Origin: Octopus bimaculoides
Lineage: Eukaryota
NCBI RefSeq assembly: GCF_001194135.2
Contig: NC_068989.1
Location: 83,778,519 to 83,812,582 of the forward strand
Length of the DNA stretch: 34,064 nucleotides
Reading direction: 5' to 3'
Shown here: positions 22,901 through 29,959 of the stretch, in pieces
How positions within the stretch are numbered: position 1 is the first letter of the stretch
How the letters are laid out: each line of letters starts with the position of its first letter
The notes under the pieces: model-generated
Database searches by the model: none
What the model saw: only the letters and a program-made list of their open reading frames with translations
What the model was told of the DNA's origin: nothing
Made by a program: the position numbers and the translations under genes

Positions 22901-23529
22901 CCAGACAGATTACGACGGATATTATGACTGATCTCGGAGCCCCCAGAAATAGCTGTTTGACTTATGCCTCCTATGTATTAAAAGAGATTGAATGAAAATA
23001 AATTGAATTTAATTACATTAATCAAAAGAATTCTGTCATATATACGCAAGATGCCAATATGAAAGTTGCACTTGCTAATTGAGTTTTAGATTATATGAAA
23101 ATTACCGTATCCTTTATGTATATGTATGAAAATATACATGTATGAAAATTACCATGTCCTATTAGATTATATGAAAATTACCGTGTCCTATAAAAAAAGA
23201 TAATAGTTTAAGCTAGTGATAATAATAATAACTAGTTGAAAGTTAAACCAAATATTATATAGATATTTATCTCGAAAATCCAAGCACCCTTTGCGTAGCG
23301 GATATATTATCTTATCCAACACCCGTAGAGAAGTGTTTAATAACCGCTGCGCAAAGGGTAGATGCCTGGATTTTAGATGTTGATGTACTTGTTGTCAAGC
23401 GTCCATGGGAGAAACACTAAAGGAAAATTCAACATCTGCAGGATTTGATCTCAGAACTAAACACGAAAACTAAACACCGGAAACTAAACACCGAAATGTT
23501 CTTCGTACTCGATGATCTGTTTATTGATT

Positions 23530-24023
23530 GCCAACTACACGATTCCAGGTTCAGTCTCCATGAGCAGGAGTCTTCTATTATAGCCTCGAGTCGACCAAAA
23601 CTTTGTGAGTGGATTTGGTAGACGGAAACTGAAAGAAGCCCGTCGTGTAACGACGACGAGGGTTCCAGATGATCCGATCAACGGAACAGCCTGCTCGTGA
23701 AATTAACATGCATGTGGATGAGCACTCCACAGACACGTGAACTATTAACGTAGTTCTTGGGGTGATTCAGCGTGACACAGAGTGTGAGAAGGCTGTCCCT
23801 TTGAAAATACAGGCACAACAGAAACAGGAAGTAAGAGTGAGAGAAAGTTGCGATGAAAGAATACAGCAGGGTTCGCAACCAGCCCCTGCTGGGGCCTTGT
23901 GGAGCTTTATATGTTTTCGCTCAATAAACACTCACAATGCCCGGTCTGGGAATCGAAACCGCGATCCTATGACCACGAGTCCGCTGCCCTAATCATTGGA
24001 CCATTGCGCTTCCACGCGCCCTG

Positions 24024-24072
<49 letters not shown>

Positions 24073-24270
24073 CGTGTGTGTGTGTGTGCGTGCGCGCGCG
24101 CGTCTTTCTGTTTGCCCTCCGCCGATTGGCGTTCGTTTTTTATTTACCCGTAACTTAGCGATTCAGCAAGATTGATTAATACCGTAAGCATCAGTTTTTT
24201 AAAATAACAACTAGGATCAATTCATTCGACTAAAATTCGTCAAGGTGGTGGCCCAGCATGGCCGCGGTGT
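23530..24270 (+). mobile_element. SINE family A copy split by an antisense SINE D
   Basis: 5' half ends GAAAGAAGCCCGTCG at 23645. The microsatellite and a degenerate 3' half (CCCGTAACTTAGCGATTCAGC...GGTGGCCCAGCATGGCCGC) resume after 24013. Confidence 0.75.
23640..24013 (-). mobile_element. SINE family D, nested in SINE A
   Basis: Reverse complement of 18303-18672 along its length. Confidence 0.9.
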
Positions 24271-24630
24271 AACAGCTGATATAAAATCTATAAAACAGAA
24301 CTAAATATATTAATACAAAGGCTAAAATAAATTGTTCAGGGGAGACTACTCCTACAAAATTATTAAGCGATTATTTCCCTTGACATTATTTTTCAGAATG
24401 GCATTTTCGTTATTAAATATTCTGCATTGATTTTTATGATTTAAATTAATTCACGGCTGATTCAGATGGAGTGAAGCAGGATGTAATCCTTTCAGTAGAT
24501 TTCGGGGAACGTTGGCATAAAGCATGAAAGAGAGCACACTAACAGAAAATGAAATATAATGATGAAAGTTGGGTGCCGGTGTATGTGATCTCCATACATG
24601 TTTCTGGTAGAGCTTGTGATCTACATTAGT

Positions 24631-24998
24631 AGATGGCTCAATGGTTAGGACAGCGGACTCGCGGTAGTGAGGTTGCGGTTTCGATCTACAGACCGGGCGT
24701 TGTGAGTGTTTATTGAGCGAAAACACCTAAATGCTCCGCGAGACTCCGGCAGGGGGGTATTGGTGAACCCTACTGTACTCTTTCAACACTTTCTCTCACT
24801 CTTACTTCCTGTTTCTGTTGTGCCTGTAATTCAAAGGGTCAGCCTTGTCACTCAGTGTCACGCTGAATCTCCCCAAGAACTACGTTAAGGGTACACGTGT
24901 CTGTGGAGTGCTCAGCCACTTGCACGTTAATTTCACGAGCAGGCTTTTCCGTTGATTGGATCAACTGGAACCCTCGTTGTAATAATCGACGGATTGCT
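24631..24998 (+). mobile_element. SINE family D
   Basis: Colinear with 18303-18687; retains the GTTGAT-TGG-ATCAAC hairpin. Confidence 0.9.
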
Positions 24999-25769
24999 AT
25001 ATTAGTTCAAATGGTATAGTTTGTGATCTACGTCGACTTTTTGATCTACATTTAAAATTCATCTATTTACTCAAAAAAATGAGAGGTGTTCCATTGCAAC
25101 CNNNNNNNNNNNNNNNNNNNNNNNNNNNNNNNNNNNNNNNNNNNNNNNNNNNNNNNNNNNNNNNNNNNNNNNNNNNNNNNNNNNNNNNNNNNNNNNNNNN
25201 NNNNNNNNNNNNNNNNNNNNNNNNNNNNNNNNNNNNNNNNNNNNNNNNNNNNNNNNNNNNNNNNNNNNNNNNNNNNNNNNNNNNNNNNNNNNNNNNNNNN
25301 NNNNNNNNNNNNNNNNNNNNNNNNNNNNNNNNNNNNNNNNNNNNNNNNNNNNNNNNNNNNNNNNNNNNNNNNNNNNNNNNNNNNNNNNNNNNNNNNNNNN
25401 NNNNNNNNNNNNNNNNNNNNNNNNNNNNNNNNNNNNNNNNNNNNNNNNNNNNNNNNNNNNNNNNNNNNNNNNNNNNNNNNNNNNNNNNNNNNNNNNNNNN
25501 NNNNNNNNNNNNNNNNNNNNNNNNNNNNNNNNNNNNNNNNNNNNNNNNNNNNNNNNNNNNNNNNNNNNNNNNNNNNNNNNNNNNNNNNNNNNNNNNNNNN
25601 NNNNNNNNNNNNNNNNNNNNNNNNNNNNNNNNNNNNNNNNNNNNNNNNNNNNNNNNNNNNNNNNNNNNNNNNNNNNNNNNNNNNNNNNNNNNNNNNNNNN
25701 NNNNNNNNTATATATATATATATATATATATCTATATATATATATATATATACACACACACATATATAT

Positions 25770-25912
25770 ATTTAGGTTCCGTCTCCCAAATCCACTCGCA
25801 AGGTTTTGGTCGGCCTGAGGCTATAGTAGAAGACACTTGCTGAAGATGTCACGCAGTGGGATTGAAGCCAGAACCATGTGGTTGGTAAGCAAGCTTCTTA
25901 CCACACAGCCAG
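25770..25912 (-). mobile_element. SINE family A, 5' half (the microsatellite runs into gap 25102-25708)
   Basis: TTCCGTCTCCCAAATCCACTC...GAAGACACTTGC...CCATGTGGTTGGTAAGCAAGCTTCTTACCACACAGCC. Confidence 0.85.
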
Positions 25913-26130
25913 GCTTGTTATATATAAAATGAATGTAAGCAGCGGAATGCAAGCAATGTGTACCAAAAAGGAAAACAATAACCGTCATTAAATATGACTG
26001 AGGTGTTATAAGCACCTACATTGCTAGAAATAAGAGCTAAAAACTATAATGCAGCAGTCAAAGCACATGATTGTATACATACATGCTGACAGGGACCGTA
26101 ATCTCCCGAAAAGCAGCGATCGAGATGTTT

Positions 26131-26177
26131 CCCGACTGATCGGTCAGTTTCGGCTTTTGCCGTAGCCATTTCAGTGA
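26131..26177 (-). ncRNA. Degenerate type I hammerhead ribozyme (left arm)
   Basis: Minus strand: TCA CTGAAAT GGCT ACGGCAAA AGCC GAAA CTGA CCGA TCAG TC GGG. Stems II and III are perfect; core G8/A9 are mutated and stem I is weak. Confidence 0.65.
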
Positions 26178-26366
26178 GATTGGTTATAGATTTCCTTTTT
26201 GATACACATTGCTTACCACTGCTTACATGAATTATTTATATAAACGAGCTGATGCTCCAGTATGACCACAGTCCAGTGACTGACACTAGTAAAGGGATAA
26301 ACATTAGTGATTGGCTAAATCAGCCATAGATTTCTATGGTGTAGACATATATGTCGGCAGTGATCT

Positions 26367-26471
26367 TCGTCCGAGAACAGCCGAGACGGACCACGCCACT
26401 GATGAAGCTACGGCAAAGGCCGAAACTGAACGATCAGTCTGGAAATATCTCGATCGCTGCTTTTCGGGCGA
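26367..26471 (+). ncRNA. Type I hammerhead ribozyme with extended stem I (right arm)
   Basis: CCA CTGATGA AGCT ACGGCAAA GGCC GAAA CTGA ACGA TCAG TC TGG (26396-26442); GUC cleavage predicted after 26439. Distal stem I 26367-26386 pairs with 26448-26471 (20 bp including 2 G-U pairs and two small bulges). Confidence 0.8.
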
Positions 26472-26593
26472 TTACGGTCCCTATCAGCATGTTCGTACAC
26501 AATTATGTACTTTGACTGCTGCATTAGAGCGTTTAGCTCTTATTTCTAGCAGTGTATGTGTTTCTAACACCCTAGTCATGTTTCATGACGGTT

Positions 26594-26637
<44 letters not shown>

Positions 26638-26811
26638 CGTGTGTGNNNNNNNNNNNNNNNNNNNNNNNNNNNNNNNNNNNNNNNNNNNNNNNNNNNNNNN
26701 NNNNNNNNNNNNNNNNNNNNNNNNNNNNNNNNNNNNNNNNNNNNNNNNNNNNNNNNNNNNNNNNNNNNNNNNNNNNNNNNNNNNNNNNNNNNNNNNNNNN
26801 NNNNNNNNNNN

Positions 26812-26895
26812 GGTCGATTTGTTCGGCCAAAGGCATTGCTCCAGCATGGCAGCAGACAAATGACTGAAAGAAATAAAAGAGTAAAGAGTAAGAGA
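26812..26895 (+). mobile_element. SINE family A, 3' tip after gap 26646-26811
   Basis: GGTCGATTTGTTCGGCCAAAGGCATTGCTCCAGCATGGC...AATGACTGAAAGAAATAAAAGAG. Confidence 0.75.
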
Positions 26896-26944
26896 TATAA
26901 GTATGTATGTATGTATGTATGTACGTATATATATATATATATAT

Positions 26945-27125
26945 TATGATTGACCGTTGACTGAACACTATTCAATTTTTTTTCTCCGTGTTTTTCTCCT
27001 TGTCTCCGTATTCTTTCTGTTGAAGAGCGTAGCTCGAAACGTCAAAGACTTTCCGTATTCCCGAGCGTCATACTAATATATACTTTTGTTATTTACACCA
27101 CCTGTCCTCGTCTGTTGTTATTTTT
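26945..27125 (+). mobile_element. Probable Penelope-like pseudo-LTR remnant carrying a minimal hammerhead
   Basis: T-rich segment surrounding the hammerhead fold at 27012-27048. The PLE assignment rests on the known association of minimal hammerheads with PLE pLTRs. Confidence 0.55.
27012..27048 (+). ncRNA. Minimal type I hammerhead-like motif (palindromic GAAACGUC stem III)
   Basis: TCTTT CTGTTGA A GAGC GTA GCTC GAAA CG TC AAAGA: perfect 5-bp stem I, 4-bp stem II, an A6-to-U variant core and one extra A. Confidence 0.65.
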
Positions 27126-27201
27126 TGTATATTCTCCCATATATATATATATACGTACATACCTATGTATGTATGTATGTATGTATGTATGTATGTATGT
27201 A

Positions 27202-27650
27202 CATATTAGAATGAAGGATAGCAGGATTCCTAAGCAGATACTATATGGAGAACTTGTGAATGGAAGGAAACTCTGGCAGAAACCAAGGCTGCGATTTAAG
27301 GACTGTGTCAAGTCCTCATTAAAGGTCTATGATACGCAGGAGACTGACTGGGAGGACAATGCCTGTCATCGCCACAGATGGAGGAAACAGGTTAAGGAGG
27401 GGATCAACACTTTTGAGAGAGCACGTATCCAGCATGAAGAGCTTACGTGAGCTGCGCGAAAGCGCACGGCTCGTATAGTGAATGGGGAAAGCTTGGTCTA
27501 CAATGTTTGCAGTCGTGTATGCTTGCCAAGAGCAGGGCTCATTAGCCACCAACGGAGCCGCAAATGCAAAATATAAGTTAGTCCTAGAGCGCACAATGTT
27601 CCTGAAGGTTGGCAATGGTCTTCCCCGGTCACGAGTGGACGGCCAACACA
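27202..27650 (+). mobile_element. RTE-clade (BovB-like) LINE 3' fragment
   Basis: HIRMKDSRIPKQILYGEL...RLRFKDCVKSSLK...WE..A..R.RWRKQVKEG...FE, an in-frame TGA at 27448, then ARKR...CSRVC...GLISHQR ending at 27576. RTE-type 3' end TGGTCTTCCCCGGTCACGAGTGGACGGCCAACACA. Confidence 0.85.
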
Positions 27651-27742
27651 TGTAGATATATATTTATGTTTGTATCGGCACTTTTCGGACAATTCTGGTC
27701 CTCGTTAGTGGATACGTCTTCATTCATGCGCGTTAACTACAG

Positions 27743-28550
27743 CAGTGCTACTCAAAGTGGTGGTCCACAGACCGGTGCCAGTCTGTGAGCCATCAGTTGC
27801 CGATACGCGGCGAGTTATCAGAATAGGAAGAAACATTATAAAAATGCTTATAAAATGCTTATGTAATATTGTTTTATTTGTTTACAAAATAAATATAAGA
27901 TAAAAAAATATTGTCAACTTATAGTATATTCATATTGTTTGCAGTATAAATTTATAGTAGTAGCAAGTATTACCGGTCCCTGGCATACACTTTACTTGTT
28001 TCAGTCATTTGAATATGGCCAAGCTGGAGCACCGCCTTTAGTCGAGCAAATAGACCCCAGGACTTATTCTTTGTAAGCCTAGTACTTATTCTATCGGTTT
28101 CTTTTGTCGAACCGCTAGATTACAGGTACGTAAACACACCAGCATCGGTTGTCAAGCATTGTTGGGAGGACAAACACAGACACACAAACGCACATATATA
28201 TATATTTTGTTTGCAATGTCCTGTATCCAGATATGCACCTATATATACAGGTAGACGTAGGTATGCACATACCTGTACGTATATATGCATATACTCATTT
28301 ATTATTTGTTTTATATATACATATACATATATATGACGGTCTTCTTTCAGTTTCCGTCTACCAAATCCACTCACAAAGCTTTGGTCAACCCGAGGTTATA
28401 GTAGAAGACACTTGCCCAAGGTGCCATGTAGTGGGACTGAACGCGGAACCATGTGGTTGGTAAGCAAGCTTCTTTACCACACAGCCACTCCTGCGCATAT
28501 TGGAAAAAAAAACTGCCCGTGCGCCACATCAGTGAGTTTGAGAAGCACTC
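27743..28550. mobile_element. hAT (Charlie/MER5-like) MITE containing a SINE A
   Basis: TIRs CAGTGCTACTCAAA and TTTGAGAAGCACTC (12/14); perfect 8-bp TSD AACTACAG at 27735-27742 and 28551-28558. Confidence 0.9.
27990..28496 (-). mobile_element. SINE family A, full length, with a ~150-bp TA/CA-derived internal spacer
   Basis: Both halves are present and colinear with 8362-8775. Confidence 0.9.
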
Positions 28551-28683
28551 AACTACAGCATTAGAGTGGTTTGGCTCTGATTTCTAGCAATGTAGGTGTT
28601 TCCTAAAACCCAAGCCACATTTCGTGACATTTCTAATTCTCCTTTTCGATGAAACATTGCCAACTGCCGTTTATATTGATAAA

Positions 28684-29149
28684 CACGCACACACATACAT
28701 ACACACATACATACATACACACATACATACACACATACACACATATATACACACGTACATACATGCATACACACATACATACATACATACATACATACAT
28801 ACATGCGCATATTTTTACGTATATATGAGTATATGCGTGTGCATTGTATGTATGTGTGTGTGTGTGCAATGCGTGTGTGCGTGCGTGCGTGCGTGCGTGT
28901 GTGTGTGTGTGTGTGTGCGACCGTATGTGTGGGTGCATGCGCAGGTCTGTCCCTGTGTCGTATCAGTTATGAATCTGCCTTAAATGCAGTTTCAAAATGG
29001 ACGGCTAATATGCTCTACGGGAGATAACTAGGGAAATTTATAAAAGAGTTGTTTCCCTTAGAAAGACTCCTTATCACTGTTCAAAATGCAGCTTTTGATG
29101 CAGACGTAGATCCGCACTTGAATAATGCACACAAACATGTATATTCACA

Positions 29150-29222
<73 letters not shown>
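28684..29222. repeat. (CATA)n, (TG)n and (TGCG)n microsatellites
   Basis: Directly visible at about 28684-28920 and about 29140-29222. Confidence 0.9.
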
Positions 29223-29226
<4 letters not shown>

Positions 29227-29302
29227 GACTTACTGACTGGTACATAGGATGGATTTCAACGACCAGGTAGAAGCTGCCTGACACACCTCTACACTTTGGT
29301 GT

Positions 29303-29630
29303 GTGGATGTGATATATCTCGATTTTGCAAAAGCCTTTGATAAAGTCGGCCACGGTATGAGATCACGCAGTCACAAACTGCGTGATCTCAGCATAGTCGG
29401 AAAACCTGGAGAGTGGTTATACGACTCTCTAATTGATAGACGTCGGGCAGTGGTGGCCAATGGAGCCACATCAAAAGGAAACAAACACAAACAGTAAGTG
29501 GTGTTCCACAGGGCATTGTCTTAGGGCCACTGGTATTTATAGTGGCCCTCTCCGCTGCTCAGATAGTTATGCAGATGAGACAAAAGTCTCTCAGACAATA
29601 CAAAATCCTGGAAATATTGCGCATCTGCAG
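29303..29630 (+). mobile_element. CR1-group LINE reverse-transcriptase fragment (frameshifted)
   Basis: VDVIYLDFAKAFDKVGH...WLYDSLIDRR..VVANG / SGVPQGIVLGPLVF / YADETKVSQTIQ...HLQ. Confidence 0.85.
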
Positions 29631-29654
29631 TACGGGCGACTGTCCATCTTGCCA

Positions 29655-29785
29655 AATCTCCCTTTAAATACTCGCCGGTAGGCTCCAGCAGCCAGCACCA
29701 ACTAACTGTCACGTGACACTGTCTAAGCTTCAACTGACCAATGGAGGGGAAAGGCGTGTAGTTTTAGCCCGCGCCCTCTCTAAAC
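29655..29785 (-). promoter_or_regulatory. Candidate Pol II promoter-like motif cluster in the segment 3' of the HERO ORF
   Basis: Reading the minus strand: GC-rich AGGGCGCGGGC (about 29765-29777), CCAAT box GACCAATGG (29736-29744), 12-bp palindrome TGTCACGTGACA (29707-29718), TATTTAAA (29670-29663). Motif presence only. Confidence 0.3.
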
Positions 29786-29959
29786 TTGCCTTCCAACAGT
29801 GTCGTGTTATTTTCAGTTCCAGCAGCCAGAACCGACCAACCGTTTGGTGGTACAAGCCTTCGCACCAGGAGGAGGGCACGCTATGAACGAGATCGCTACC
29901 TTGGCTCACCTGACAATCAGCGATGTTGTTTAAGTGTCAGCCAGCCTCACCTATGGACG

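Larger units (their letters stand above)
25980..26593. repeat. Long inverted repeat (arms 25980-26176 and 26397-26593) with hammerhead-ribozyme cores at both inner ends; probably derived from Penelope-like pseudo-LTRs
   Basis: The arms align essentially without gaps over about 197 bp (roughly 80-85% by eye), from AACCGTCAT... to ...TTTGCCGTAGC..TCAGTG; the spacer is about 220 bp. Confidence 0.9.
458..26811. other. Eleven assembly gaps: 458-1002, 4235-4709, 6823-6896, 9121-9261, 10039-10973, 11918-12458, 14958-15270, 17384-18069, 19089-19880, 25102-25708, 26646-26811
   Basis: N runs totalling about 5.3 kb; most are bordered by microsatellites. Confidence 0.98.
27672..28630 (+). repeat. Third, interrupted copy of the inverted-repeat arm (27672-27742 plus 28551-28630)
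   Basis: Removing the hAT MITE and one TSD rebuilds CTTTTCGG...AACTACAGCATTAGAGTGGTTTGGCTCTGATTTCTAGCAATGTAGGTGTTTC, colinear with 26460-26590; the hammerhead part is missing. Confidence 0.7.

Noticed and set aside
26311-26645. ORF 26311-26949 as a protein
   Set aside because: It runs through the hammerhead and inverted-repeat arm into (TG)n and a gap; the RNA fold explains the sequence better.
8362-28496. Naming SINEs A-D as the published octopus OK/OR1/OR2 families
   Set aside because: Plausible, but the correspondence cannot be verified without a database comparison.
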